From a virus (taxonomy: Duplodnaviria > Caudoviricetes), in IMG/VR virus record IMGVR_UViG_3300045825_000531, positions 1 through 56,844 of that record: a stretch of DNA of 56,844 bases; one strand, written 5' to 3'. Below the pieces are notes generated by a model, which saw nothing but the letters and a program-made list of their open reading frames with translations, made no database searches and was not told where the DNA came from. A program made the translations under genes and the position numbers. Below are positions 8,710 through 19,075 of the stretch, piece by piece (position 1 is the first letter of the stretch; every line of letters begins with the position of its first letter).

Positions 8710-10275
8710 ATGACTGAATTGATACTACGAAGAAACAAAACAACACCTATAACTAAGATTGAGATGGATAGTAATTTTACTATTTTATCTGATAGAATCG
8801 ATTTATCAACAGATCAAATAATCTCTGGTAAGAAGACGTTCAAGCTATTTCCTATAGTTCCTGAAATACCTAGTAATGACAGTTCATCAAAAATCGCTAA
8901 TAAATCATTTCTTGATACATTACCAAACCCATTTAGCAATATTGTATTATCGCCTAGTATACAAGGTATATCAACAATAAAGACATTTTCATCTGGAATT
9001 ACTGCACCCACAGAAATTACTAGTTCAATGAATACAAATGTAGCAACTAAGAAGTTTTTTGATTCAGTGAATAATAAACCTATCTTAAGCACATCGTTAC
9101 CTGTTAATCCTGATAACAATCCTTTAGGCGATACATGGATGGTTGTCAACGCAATAGGTAATTCAATTGATGAAGTTTATCAATATATTAATGGACGATG
9201 GAATTTACCATTAAAAATTGTCCAATATGAAAGTGGATACAATCATCATATTGTAAAATTAGAAGACGGTACAGTTTGGGTATCCGGTCTGAACAATTAT
9301 GGACAAACAGAATTTGATGGTTCGAACAGACCCTCTTATAATGATTTTCCTGTATTTCAAAAGATATCTAATATATACAATAATCCAAATAAGATTGTTT
9401 GTGCTGGCGATATTTCTATAATAGAACGATCGGATGGTGTTGTGGAATTCAGAGGAGGCACTGGTTATGTATCTGGTAAATATTTAGATTCTAGTTCTGA
9501 TACTATTTTACCATTCACTTTCCCTAAGATAATTGCAACAAATGGTGCCTTTGCAATGTATCAACTATCTGATGGAAAAGTGTATGTGGCAGGTGCAGAT
9601 TATAATATGTTGGGAGTTGGTACAGGCAATGAACATCAAACTTTAACAGAAGTTCCTTTCTTGTTTAATGCACGTAAAATTACAATTGGTGAAACCATCG
9701 GTTTTCTTGATAATAATAACAATTGGAAAGAAGGTGCTATGATATTTTCTGAGGTTGAAAATGGTGATGTTTATGTTATAGGACATCCTAATAATACGTC
9801 ATTAGGTCTAAATATATTTGCTGATTATTTACCATGGACTATTATACCTGATGTAAATTCTCCTAGATTATTATTAACAGATGGTACAGTTAGTTTTATT
9901 CAAAAATCCGATGGTACACTTTTATCATTAGGTGCATCAGATCAATCAGGGTCAACATTTTCTAATCAATCGTATCTTACAGTATTCACAATAATTCCTA
10001 ATTTCTGGGAAGAAGATGGACCATGCGATATTGTATCTTTAAAAACTCTTGGAACAAAGAGTTCTATAACAACGTCAAACGGAACATCATGGATTGCTGG
10101 TACTTACATATGGGACATGGTTTATAATCCTAATTCTACCTTAAGAAGTGACATTGGTAATGTAGTAAAGATAACCAATGCATCATTTTGTTCTCCTTAC
10201 CCACATGGTTATATTGTAAATAATGTATATTATGATTTTAATGACCTACTTAATCATAACACATTGTCATTTTGA
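8710..10275 (+). CDS. Tail fibre-like protein with RCC1/BLIP-II repeats
   Basis: PITKIEMDSNF anchor, DQIISGKKTF fibre motif, DGTVWVSGLNNYGQ-type repeats. Confidence 0.6.
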   Translation: MTELILRRNKTTPITKIEMDSNFTILSDRIDLSTDQIISGKKTFKLFPIVPEIPSNDSSSKIANKSFLDTLPNPFSNIVLSPSIQGISTIKTFSSGITAPTEITSSMNTNVATKKFFDSVNNKPILSTSLPVNPDNNPLGDTWMVVNAIGNSIDEVYQYINGRWNLPLKIVQYESGYNHHIVKLEDGTVWVSGLNNYGQTEFDGSNRPSYNDFPVFQKISNIYNNPNKIVCAGDISIIERSDGVVEFRGGTGYVSGKYLDSSSDTILPFTFPKIIATNGAFAMYQLSDGKVYVAGADYNMLGVGTGNEHQTLTEVPFLFNARKITIGETIGFLDNNNNWKEGAMIFSEVENGDVYVIGHPNNTSLGLNIFADYLPWTIIPDVNSPRLLLTDGTVSFIQKSDGTLLSLGASDQSGSTFSNQSYLTVFTIIPNFWEEDGPCDIVSLKTLGTKSSITTSNGTSWIAGTYIWDMVYNPNSTLRSDIGNVVKITNASFCSPYPHGYIVNNVYYDFNDLLNHNTLSF

Positions 10276-10295
10276 TAATGATAATTAATATCATT

Positions 10296-10317
10296 TTAAG
10301 CCATATTATGATATAAT
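10296..10317 (+). promoter_or_regulatory. Sigma70-type early promoter (TTAAG...TGATATAAT)
   Basis: Motif recurs about 17 times, always upstream of an AAGGA RBS or the tmRNA. Confidence 0.7.
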
Positions 10318-10344
10318 GAACAATAAGAAAAATAAAGGAAACTT

Positions 10345-10536
10345 TTGAAATATAAATTAATTACAATCTATGTTAATATACTGGATGCTATGATCAGAAT
10401 GTTAATGTCAATGCGTGAATATGCACATCCATCAATGTCTGCTAAGGTCGAAGAAGGTACTTTTGACTCATTGTTTGGTAATATTAACAATATTGCCGAT
10501 GAAGCTGAATTCGACACAAAGATAGTTCAAAAATAA
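10345..10536 (+). CDS. Hypothetical protein
   Basis: AAGGA RBS downstream of promoter; TTG start. Confidence 0.55.
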   Translation: MKYKLITIYVNILDAMIRMLMSMREYAHPSMSAKVEEGTFDSLFGNINNIADEAEFDTKIVQK

Positions 10537-10546
10537 AGGAACAGAT

Positions 10547-11677
10547 TTGATTACAAATCTATATGAGACACGTAAAATTGATTTTACGAAAGAGCCCATG
10601 TTTTTTGGGCAAGGAAAAAACACTCAGCGTTTTGACGTAATGAAATATAAATTTTTCGATACTAACAATGATAATCAACAAGCACGTTTTTGGAGACCAA
10701 CTGAGATCAGTCTTTTAAAAGATAAAAAAGATTTCGGATTGATGCAAGAACACAAGCGTTGGATTATGACAAAAACATTACAAAAACTTATTTTTCTTGA
10801 TTCATTACAAGGAAGATCACCTTTCGCATCTTTTGCTTTAATCACAACTCTACCTGAACTTGAGAACGCAATACTTACATGGACATTCTTTGAGGGTTCA
10901 ATCCACTCAAAAAGCTACTCATGGAATCTTAGAAACGTTTATACAAACCCAGATGAAATTTTTGATGAGACTTTTGATATTGAAATTCTAATGAGACATG
11001 CAGGTAAAATTGCTGGTCCATATAATGAGTTATTCTCATTAGTTATCGATTATCTTTATAAGGTTCAGAATAATATTGAGTTAGATGATGTTTATATGCA
11101 TACTCTAAGAAAATCAATTATAAGAGCATTTATTAATGTTAATATTCTTGAAGGTGTTCGTTTCTATAGCGGATTTGCTAGTGTATGGGCTTTGACTGAA
11201 GGTGAAGGTATTGTTGCCGGTACGTCACGTATTTTACGTCTAATTTGTCGTGATGAAAATCAACATCTCGCTTTGACACAAAAAATAATCAATATTCTAC
11301 GTAAAACCGATTCTGAAGGCTTCAAGGAAGTGTTTAAGGAGATGGAAGATGAGATTATTCAGATGTATGCAGATGCATGTGATCAAGAGTTTGAATGGGC
11401 TGAATTCCTGTTTTCAAAAGGATCAATCGTTGGTCTTAATGCACAGATAATTCAAGATTATCTTAAATACATTACAAACCAACGTATGAAGGCAATTGGG
11501 TTAAAAGCATTGTTTCCTGGGTATACGAAAAATCCACTACCTTGGATTGAAGCATGGATTACTGAGAGTTCAACTGAAGGCACACCACAAGAAGATGAGG
11601 TCACGGACTATTTAAGTGGTAGTATAAACTTAGATGATACAAATTATGATGAATATAGAAAAATGTTTAAGTTTTAA
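10547..11677 (+). CDS. nrdB: Ribonucleotide reductase class Ia beta subunit
   Basis: FWRPTEI, LDSLQGR, EGSIHSKSY, ILEGVRFYSGF, RDENQH iron-ligand motifs. Confidence 0.97.
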   Translation: MITNLYETRKIDFTKEPMFFGQGKNTQRFDVMKYKFFDTNNDNQQARFWRPTEISLLKDKKDFGLMQEHKRWIMTKTLQKLIFLDSLQGRSPFASFALITTLPELENAILTWTFFEGSIHSKSYSWNLRNVYTNPDEIFDETFDIEILMRHAGKIAGPYNELFSLVIDYLYKVQNNIELDDVYMHTLRKSIIRAFINVNILEGVRFYSGFASVWALTEGEGIVAGTSRILRLICRDENQHLALTQKIINILRKTDSEGFKEVFKEMEDEIIQMYADACDQEFEWAEFLFSKGSIVGLNAQIIQDYLKYITNQRMKAIGLKALFPGYTKNPLPWIEAWITESSTEGTPQEDEVTDYLSGSINLDDTNYDEYRKMFKF

Positions 11678-11686
11678 AGGAATTAT

Positions 11687-13966
11687 ATGGCAGTTAATTA
11701 TGTAATGGGTAAGAGCGGTGAAAGAAAACTGTTCGATGCCGGAAAGATAACGGAAAAAACTCTCCTAGCATGTGAGGGGGTTGATGGTGTTTCGGCATCA
11801 GAAATTGAGATTCGTGCAAGTTCACAATTTCATAATGGGATTAGTACGGACGATATTCAAAAAATATTGATCAAAACTGCAGCTGATTTAATTTCTGAGG
11901 AAGAACCAGGTTATGATATTGCATCCTCACGATTGTTAAATCAACAACTTCGTAAGGAAGCATACGGTCAATATACGCCAAAGTCATTATATTCAACCGT
12001 TGTTAAAAATACTGATCTTGGAATTTATGGTGATTACATCTTGAATAATTATACTCAAGAAGAAATTGAGTATTATGGTTCAAAAATTCGTTATGATAAA
12101 GACGATAAATTTTCATATGCCGGTCTTAAACAACTTTATGAAAAATATCTTATTCGTCGTGATGGCAAAGTTGTGGAATCGCCACAAGATGTTAATATGT
12201 TGATTCATCTTGTGGCATTTGCTAAATTGACTGATCGAAGGTATTGGATTATTGAAGGATACAAGATCGTTTCTGATTTTGAAGTATCACATCCAACACC
12301 AACTATGATTGGTATGCGTACACCTTTTCAACGTTATATTTCTTGTAATGGTATTAATTTTGGAGATAGTACAGAATCTATCTCACGTGCTAACTATGCA
12401 ATTACGAAACTCACTGCTTCTCGTTCAGGTCTTGGTATGGGTATTGGTTCTATTCGTGGTTTAGGTGGTGATATTGGGAATGGTCGTGTTAAACATACAG
12501 GTATCATTCCAATTACAAAAGCTGCGGAATCCTTGACAAAATCATTTTCACAAGAAATGCGTGGAGGAGGTGGAACAACATTCATGCCTTTCTTCCATTG
12601 GGAAATTGAAGATTACCTTGTATTGAAAAATAACAAAGGTACTGAAGAAAATCGTGTTCGTGGATTAGATCACTCAATGCAGGTAAATAGATTATTCTAT
12701 AAGCGTGTGATGAAAGATGAAGATATTACATTATTCCACATGAATGATGTTCCTGGATTATATGAAGCAATGGGTGATAACGATAAATTTGAATCTATGT
12801 ATGAAATGTATGAGAATCGTATTCCTAAAAAGAAAAAGAAAACGATGAAGGCAAAAGAACTTTGGAATAAGTTCAAGAATGAAAGATTTCAAACAGCAAG
12901 AAATTACCTTATTAATCAAGATAATTTTAATGAACATAGTGCTTTCAGTATTAACGTTGAACATTCAAATCTTTGTTGTGAGATTAATCTTCCGAGTACA
13001 CCGCTTGATGGATCAAAAGGTGAGCCTGAAATATTTGCATGTATATTGATGTCACATAACTGGGGTTATTTAAAGGATGATCGTATTCCAATTGTATCTG
13101 AGTATTCAGTTCGTTTCCTAGAGGAAATGATTGATATGCAAGAATACGCAATGCCTGAGGTTGAATATGCAGCGAAGAAACGCCGTGCGTTAGGTATAGG
13201 AACTTCTGATGTATTTCATTGGTTAGCTAAAAACAAAATCATGTATAACACCCAAGAGGGTCGTAATGCAGTTCATAAACGTATGGAAGCAACAAATTAT
13301 AATTTGTTGAAAGCAAGTAATCAACTTGCTAAAGAACGTGGTAGATGTGAACTATATAAAGATACAAAATTTAGTAAAGGTTTATTAAATATCGATACGT
13401 ATAAAAGAACAGTTGATGAACTTGTAACTGAGATTTATCATCAAGACTGGGATACATTGCGTAAGGATATTGCTTTGTATGGTTTACGTCACTCGACATT
13501 AATGGCGATAGCACCAACAGCAAATAGTTCACGTGTAAGTAATGCAACGCCGGGTGTGGAGCCTCCTCGTAAATTGTTGAACATTAAAGAAGATAACAAA
13601 ATTATTGTTAAACAACTTGTTCCTGATTACAGTAAATTGAGACATTATTATACAACTGCGTGGGGTGAAGATTTCAATAACATTGATTATTTCAAATTCC
13701 TTGCAGTGTTTCAAAAATTCGTGTGTCAAGCAATATCTGTAAACCAATATGCGGATTTAACACGTTATGATGAAAAAGGTTATCCGGATTCATTACTGAC
13801 TAGGGAATATATGATACATTACTATTACGGTGGTAAATCATTGTATTATCAAAACTTCAGAACAACGAAGAAAGCCGTTACTGAAGATGAAGAAGATTCA
13901 GGTGAACATTCACTTGATATTGAAAAAGAAGATGAGGGTTGCGAAGGCGGCGGGTGTAAGATTTAA
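11687..13966 (+). CDS. nrdA: Ribonucleotide reductase class Ia alpha subunit
   Basis: ATP cone, PTPTM, SNLCCEI, APTANSS, C-terminal CEGGGC. Confidence 0.97.
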   Translation: MAVNYVMGKSGERKLFDAGKITEKTLLACEGVDGVSASEIEIRASSQFHNGISTDDIQKILIKTAADLISEEEPGYDIASSRLLNQQLRKEAYGQYTPKSLYSTVVKNTDLGIYGDYILNNYTQEEIEYYGSKIRYDKDDKFSYAGLKQLYEKYLIRRDGKVVESPQDVNMLIHLVAFAKLTDRRYWIIEGYKIVSDFEVSHPTPTMIGMRTPFQRYISCNGINFGDSTESISRANYAITKLTASRSGLGMGIGSIRGLGGDIGNGRVKHTGIIPITKAAESLTKSFSQEMRGGGGTTFMPFFHWEIEDYLVLKNNKGTEENRVRGLDHSMQVNRLFYKRVMKDEDITLFHMNDVPGLYEAMGDNDKFESMYEMYENRIPKKKKKTMKAKELWNKFKNERFQTARNYLINQDNFNEHSAFSINVEHSNLCCEINLPSTPLDGSKGEPEIFACILMSHNWGYLKDDRIPIVSEYSVRFLEEMIDMQEYAMPEVEYAAKKRRALGIGTSDVFHWLAKNKIMYNTQEGRNAVHKRMEATNYNLLKASNQLAKERGRCELYKDTKFSKGLLNIDTYKRTVDELVTEIYHQDWDTLRKDIALYGLRHSTLMAIAPTANSSRVSNATPGVEPPRKLLNIKEDNKIIVKQLVPDYSKLRHYYTTAWGEDFNNIDYFKFLAVFQKFVCQAISVNQYADLTRYDEKGYPDSLLTREYMIHYYYGGKSLYYQNFRTTKKAVTEDEEDSGEHSLDIEKEDEGCEGGGCKI

Positions 13967-13975
13967 AGGATCTAA

Positions 13976-14500
13976 ATGGTTAGACAAACCGATATGGAAA
14001 TGAACAAGGAGAATTGGGATATTCTCCTTGAGAGGATTCAATATCTCAAGGAAGAAGTAAGAAAATACAAATATGATTATCTTACAGGCCTTAAGATGCG
14101 TAAGGATTTTGATGGTTATTTAAAAACCCTTTATGAGATGTACGAATTTGAAGATAGAACCTTTACGTTAGTTCTAGTGGATATTGATGGATTACATGCC
14201 GTTAATAGAAACGAAGGATATGGAAAAGGTGATGATTTAATTATTCGTGTTGCAAATCAATTACTTCAATCATTTGAAGGTTGTAATGGTAAGGAAGTTT
14301 TTAGGATTGGTGGTGATGAATTCGCAGTTCTAATAAAAGGTTTCGAGAAAGAAAAATTAGAATCACTTCTTCTTTCATTAGATGATGTCACAACTGCATA
14401 CTTAAACATTGATGTAACAAAAGATTATGGGTCACCATCAAATGTATTCAAAATTGTTGACAAAGAAATTATTTCTAAAAAAGCTGGAAAAACAAGATAA
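13976..14500 (+). CDS. GGDEF-domain protein (diguanylate cyclase-like)
   Basis: YDYLTGL, LVLVDIDG....N...G...GD, FRIGGDEF; N-terminal coiled coil. Confidence 0.88.
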   Translation: MVRQTDMEMNKENWDILLERIQYLKEEVRKYKYDYLTGLKMRKDFDGYLKTLYEMYEFEDRTFTLVLVDIDGLHAVNRNEGYGKGDDLIIRVANQLLQSFEGCNGKEVFRIGGDEFAVLIKGFEKEKLESLLLSLDDVTTAYLNIDVTKDYGSPSNVFKIVDKEIISKKAGKTR

Positions 14501-14512
14501 TTTAATTAATCT

Positions 14513-14534
14513 TTAAGGTTCTTTGTGTTATAAT
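14513..14534 (+). promoter_or_regulatory. Sigma70-type early promoter
   Basis: TTAAG-N8-TGTTATAAT. Confidence 0.7.
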
Positions 14535-14567
14535 GTACATGTTTAAAACATATTATTAAGGAAAACA

Positions 14568-14846
14568 ATGAATAAAGCAGAATTAACAGTTGCTGTAGCA
14601 ACTAAACTCGAAGTATCAAAAGCTGAGGCAGGTCGTATTATTGAAACTGTTCTTGGTGAGATTATTGCAGGCGCAGTAGCAACTGGTGAATGTGTTGTTC
14701 CAGGACTTGGTAAACTCGAAGTTAAAGAAACGGCAGCTCGTAGTGGTGTTTCAAAAATGGGTGGTGTCGAAAAAGCATGGACAAAACCAGCAGGTAAGAA
14801 AATTTCATTGAAACTTTCTAAAGAAGGAAAATCAGTTACTGAGTAA
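14568..14846 (+). CDS. hup: HU-family DNA-binding protein
   Basis: MNKAEL, SKAEA, PGLGKL, AARSG motifs. Confidence 0.9.
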   Translation: MNKAELTVAVATKLEVSKAEAGRIIETVLGEIIAGAVATGECVVPGLGKLEVKETAARSGVSKMGGVEKAWTKPAGKKISLKLSKEGKSVTE

Positions 14847-14852
14847 GTAACG

Positions 14853-14890
14853 ATTTTATCAAGGAGTTCATTGGAACTCCTGAATAAAAT
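14853..14890 (+). terminator. Hairpin, probable terminator after hup
   Basis: AGGAGTTC-attg-GAACTCCT extended by ATTTTAT/ATAAAAT. Confidence 0.5.
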
Positions 14891-14906
14891 TTAAAGAAGG
14901 ATTGAC

Positions 14907-15014
14907 ATGGTTTTTTATACAGAATATTATTGTACTACATGTGGTATATTGTCTAGTTCAATGTACTGTTCTAAATGTGGGAATAGATGTTTCCCATCAG
15001 GTGTACATCTGTGA
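14907..15014 (+). CDS. 35-aa zinc-ribbon peptide (absent from ORF track)
   Basis: AAGGA RBS; MVFYTEYYCTTCG...YCSKCG; the stop overlaps the next GTG start. Confidence 0.55.
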   Translation: MVFYTEYYCTTCGILSSSMYCSKCGNRCFPSGVHL

Positions 15015-15838
15015 GCCCCTTTAAATTCTTTTGTCCTACATGCGAATATATTCATGAGGGCACACAATGCACAAAATGTAAAGGTACCTCCGTCAGAGTA
15101 AGCAAGAATGATATATTTCCTAAACATCCAAAGAAATCTGACTATGAACATTTCACCAATAAATTTGCATATTATTATGATTTCAGTTCAGCATTAAGTG
15201 TAGATAATATCGATTCCGTTTCTATGTTTGTTGCTAAATACGGAACCCGTGACCAACTACAAAAGGTAATGAGCCGGAAAGATACGATAGAAGAATATTC
15301 TAAGAAAATAATTCGTGATGATTTGATTAAATTTAATACTATCTCAAGTTTACGTATATTTGATAAGTTATCTGTTCCATTCAAAGAGTTTCTAAAATTG
15401 ATGGATGAGAAAAAACAGAATTTAAAATCAGCATCACTTCATAAAGAATATTTTGTCACAAATTCTAATATATTTTATGCATCAGCCCATATCAGTAAGA
15501 ATAATGATTTATCAAATGTGTTTAAAGTTCATAAAACTAAACCTTATCGTAAAGCAACATATATAGAGGTTCCAAATTATTTTGATCAATATTGTGTTAT
15601 GATGATAGATAAATCATCAGTACGAGATCCAGATATGAATTCACTCTATATATTCGAAGATAAGAACGATGCATTTACTTTCTCATTTGAGATGGCATTA
15701 TTCATTTCTAGGAATTCGAATTTCCTTGATAAATTCTCTTCTGATAATAAAGATATTATATTAAAATCAGCAATAGATTTTGTTACTAAAAATAAAAGGT
15801 ATTCTACTCATAAAAGATATCCGGAATTTTATCTTTAA
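15011..15838 (+). CDS. Hypothetical protein with N-terminal zinc ribbon
   Basis: CPTC...CTKC; likely GTG start coupled to the upstream stop. Confidence 0.6.
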   Translation: MSPFKFFCPTCEYIHEGTQCTKCKGTSVRVSKNDIFPKHPKKSDYEHFTNKFAYYYDFSSALSVDNIDSVSMFVAKYGTRDQLQKVMSRKDTIEEYSKKIIRDDLIKFNTISSLRIFDKLSVPFKEFLKLMDEKKQNLKSASLHKEYFVTNSNIFYASAHISKNNDLSNVFKVHKTKPYRKATYIEVPNYFDQYCVMMIDKSSVRDPDMNSLYIFEDKNDAFTFSFEMALFISRNSNFLDKFSSDNKDIILKSAIDFVTKNKRYSTHKRYPEFYL

Positions 15839-15891
15839 TTAAGTTTAATATGATATAATTATTATAAGAAAAGAAAGATAGAAGGATTATT

Positions 15892-16287
15892 ATGTCAAGA
15901 ACTTATATAAAGCGAAGATCGTTTAATTCAAATGAAGAAGATATGATTGCACAATTTCTTGCAACTAAAGAAGTTACCGTATGTGATACCAGAAATATTC
16001 CTGATACACAAAGAACTGATGGTTACAAATCTCGTCATGAGATAAACGTGGAAGAATGTGAAGGTTTAAAATATGAAGATGTTTATCTTGGTATGACCTT
16101 TATCCGTAAAGGTGGTAAAGATTACCAAGATTATGAAATTACTTGTACTGAGGTAAGAATCAGTAAAACTAAGAATAAAACTTTGATTTATTATTTTGAT
16201 AATAAAAGATCAGGTTTACCAAAATGTACATTTCATAGAATGTTAAACAATGGTAGCATTGTTATCAAGACAAAGGATATGCAATGA
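15892..16287 (+). CDS. Hypothetical early protein
   Basis: Promoter at 15839-15859 and AAGGA RBS. Confidence 0.65.
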   Translation: MSRTYIKRRSFNSNEEDMIAQFLATKEVTVCDTRNIPDTQRTDGYKSRHEINVEECEGLKYEDVYLGMTFIRKGGKDYQDYEITCTEVRISKTKNKTLIYYFDNKRSGLPKCTFHRMLNNGSIVIKTKDMQ

Positions 16288-17159
16288 AAAAAATTACAGT
16301 TGAACGCTATGAATGTAGTGTCTGTGGAAGGCTTCATGATGAGAAGAAAGATGCATCAACATGTGTGAGATCATGCAAAAAAGAACTTAAAGAAAAAGAA
16401 CAATGGAGATTACAACGTGAGGAATTAGAGGATATAAGATTAACCTCCACATCCCTAGCAGAGGTTCTTATACGTTGTAATCGATACCTTGAAAAATACT
16501 TTAAGGTAACCATGGATTATACATCATATCCTGACAAATTAAGATATGAGTCTATAACGCATAATTCACCAGTTGGGGTTAAAACAATATGGGATTCTAG
16601 GAATAATCCAGATAATTTACCTTCATCGTATCTTGCATTTTGTGGTAGATGGATTGGTAAGGTTAAAAAGGTCACCGATGGTGTTGTAAAAACTGGATTC
16701 AGTGATTACATAGGTACATTTGGACAAAAGATTCCATTCCTACATACCGGTACGGGCTCGGGCGGAAGTGGTTTTAGTATCGATGGTTGTATGTTTCTTC
16801 AAGATTTTCCATTAATTGAAAAACAACATAATGAACTTGTAGAATTGAAATTGAAACGTGATGCATACTCAACAAGGGAAACCAATGTTAAAGCAGAATA
16901 TCAGCGAGCAATGAAGGATGCGATTGATAGTGATGCAGAAATTCTTGAGTTAATAGATGTAAAACTTGAACTTGAGAAAAAACTGACTATGTTGAAAGAA
17001 TATCTTGATGAAAAGATAACGGAAAAAACACAATTATATCATCCTAACTATGCACATATCTTAGATATTACGGAGGATTACGGTGAGCAAAGATACCACG
17101 AACTCAGCAGTACGTTTAAGCGATATAAGAGATACGCCATTGTGGAAAAAATTGATTAA
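16284..17159 (+). CDS. Hypothetical protein (Zn finger plus coiled coil)
   Basis: YECSVCG...C...C; ATGA overlap. Confidence 0.65.
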   Translation: MKKITVERYECSVCGRLHDEKKDASTCVRSCKKELKEKEQWRLQREELEDIRLTSTSLAEVLIRCNRYLEKYFKVTMDYTSYPDKLRYESITHNSPVGVKTIWDSRNNPDNLPSSYLAFCGRWIGKVKKVTDGVVKTGFSDYIGTFGQKIPFLHTGTGSGGSGFSIDGCMFLQDFPLIEKQHNELVELKLKRDAYSTRETNVKAEYQRAMKDAIDSDAEILELIDVKLELEKKLTMLKEYLDEKITEKTQLYHPNYAHILDITEDYGEQRYHELSSTFKRYKRYAIVEKID

Positions 17160-17193
17160 ATCAAAACCAGAAATATTGCTATAAGGAAAGAAG

Positions 17194-17649
17194 ATGAAAA
17201 TTATTGAAGGTGACATCACTAACGCTACAGAAGGATTTATCATTCATCAGGTTAACTGTCGTGATGCAATGGGTTCAGGGGTTGCTAAGGCATTATTTAC
17301 TAAATGGCCTATTGTTAAAGAACAATATCATTCGTTCAACCAACCATTTGTAGAATGTAATGTTCAAGACAGATTGCTTGGGTTACTGGATATCATTCCT
17401 GTATCTACAGAAACATGTGTAATCAATGCATATACTCAGAACTATTTTGGTAATGATAGTAAGCAATATACTGATTACGATGCTATCAGAAAAGTGTTCA
17501 ATTTTATATCAAATAACATTGATTTAAGTTGTGGTATTGCTATTCCTTATCTTTATGGGTGCGGTTTAGGTGGGGGCGATTGGAATGTTGTCTCACAAAT
17601 TATTGAGGATACATTTGGTGATAATGCCTCTGTATATCGGTTACAATAA
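17194..17649 (+). CDS. Macrodomain protein (ADP-ribose processing)
   Basis: GDIT, HQVNC..AMGSGVA, IAIPYLYGCGLGGGDW. Confidence 0.92.
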   Translation: MKIIEGDITNATEGFIIHQVNCRDAMGSGVAKALFTKWPIVKEQYHSFNQPFVECNVQDRLLGLLDIIPVSTETCVINAYTQNYFGNDSKQYTDYDAIRKVFNFISNNIDLSCGIAIPYLYGCGLGGGDWNVVSQIIEDTFGDNASVYRLQ

Positions 17650-17819
17650 TGACTGAAGTAAAAACTGTATTTCAAAAAGTTTATGACGATGAAACACTAA
17701 AAGAACTTGAAGATGATTTATTTTTTCGATTAGGTCTATCAAATCTTCCTATCGATGAAAATGGGTTTACAAAAGGCGAGTTTATTGTTATTGTGAAATA
17801 TTCTGAGGAAGGTTTCTAA
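17649..17819 (+). CDS. Small hypothetical protein (56 aa)
   Basis: TAATG coupling to the macrodomain gene; MTEVKTVFQKVY...EEGF. Confidence 0.5.
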   Translation: MTEVKTVFQKVYDDETLKELEDDLFFRLGLSNLPIDENGFTKGEFIVIVKYSEEGF

Positions 17820-17991
17820 TGTTGGTATTACAAAATATGGGATTTACTGGTGTCCATATATTGTCTATAATGGGAGTAATTGCATTAATCATGATAATCC
17901 CTTATACATTTACTAATTCAAAAAATTAATCTTCATTTAATCTTTATCTGATATAATTATTCTATCAAAAGACAGATAGAAGGATTTCAAA

Positions 17992-18579
17992 ATGCATAGA
18001 TTCAAACAGTCAGAACGTTTTATCCCAACAGGATATGTGTTATCAAAACACGATGATTATACACAAATTGATGTATATACATTTGAACGCAATGATCGTT
18101 TCATTGCAATGACATTTAAAGGTAAAAGTTTAAAATCAGCAGATCATATCGGTTATAAAACTGAACAATCACGAACCGATGCTATCAAACAATACATTGA
18201 GCGTCACACACGTTTTCTTGATGAAAAGAAAGCGTACAAAGCAACACAAAAAATCAAAAATGCTGAAGAAGCACAAAATGTTCAAGTTGGTGATATCTTG
18301 GTTGCAAGTTGGGGTTACTCAATGTCGTTAAATGATGCATATCAAGTAATCGCTAAAAAAGGTGCAAAAGTTACCGTTAAAGAGATTGCAACGGAATATG
18401 TATCAGGTGATTGGGGTGATTGGGGTGGTGGTCGTGTACGTGCGGTAAAAGATGCATTTGTGAAAGACGGTAAGGAAATGAATAAAATTCTTAAAGGAAA
18501 TACAATCAAAATTAGCGATTGTCAATGGGCTAATAAATGTTCAGAGGCAGACACTTTCTACGAAAATCACACGGACTAA
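17992..18579 (+). CDS. Hypothetical early protein
   Basis: Promoter at 17937-17957, AAGGA RBS; VGDILVASWGY motif. Confidence 0.7.
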   Translation: MHRFKQSERFIPTGYVLSKHDDYTQIDVYTFERNDRFIAMTFKGKSLKSADHIGYKTEQSRTDAIKQYIERHTRFLDEKKAYKATQKIKNAEEAQNVQVGDILVASWGYSMSLNDAYQVIAKKGAKVTVKEIATEYVSGDWGDWGGGRVRAVKDAFVKDGKEMNKILKGNTIKISDCQWANKCSEADTFYENHTD

Positions 18580-18586
18580 GGGGTAT

Positions 18587-19036
18587 TTAGTTCTCCTTAT
18601 CCTTCACTGTAAGATTGTATTTCTTCTTTAGCAATGCAATAGCAGAAGTTAATGCTTCCTTGTCACCTACATCTTGTGATTTAAGAAAATCATTAACAAC
18701 TTTCTTATCATCAGTATTTAGTTGTGATAAAAGGTTACTATACTCGTCCTGAAGATCAGAAAGTTTATCTGCATTGTTAAAATTTTCTTTCTGATATTCT
18801 TTCCATAATGCAATTACAAAGCGTTTTGCATTACCGAGAGAAAGCTCATTAGTTGATGTCTTAGAACCTTTATATGCTTTATCAGCAGTTATAGATCCTT
18901 TGTAATATCCTCCATCATCAGGGTATCTTTTGATGGTTCCTAATACAGTATCACCTACTGAAACTGCCCATGCATCATCACCTGTTTGTTTAGTAGTATA
19001 TTGTTCATTCTCATTTAAAAATGTAGTGAATTTCAT
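18587..19036 (-). CDS. Putative internal head protein
   Basis: Start MKFTTFLNE preceded by a GAGG RBS and TATAAATA on the minus strand. Confidence 0.6.
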   Translation of the reverse strand: MKFTTFLNENEQYTTKQTGDDAWAVSVGDTVLGTIKRYPDDGGYYKGSITADKAYKGSKTSTNELSLGNAKRFVIALWKEYQKENFNNADKLSDLQDEYSNLLSQLNTDDKKVVNDFLKSQDVGDKEALTSAIALLKKKYNLTVKDKEN

Positions 19037-19075
19037 TTTTAACCTCAAGGTTTTATTTTATTTATAAGGAAGTGT

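Noticed and set aside
10547-13966. Intron or intein in nrdA/nrdB
   Set aside because: Both ORFs are continuous and of normal length
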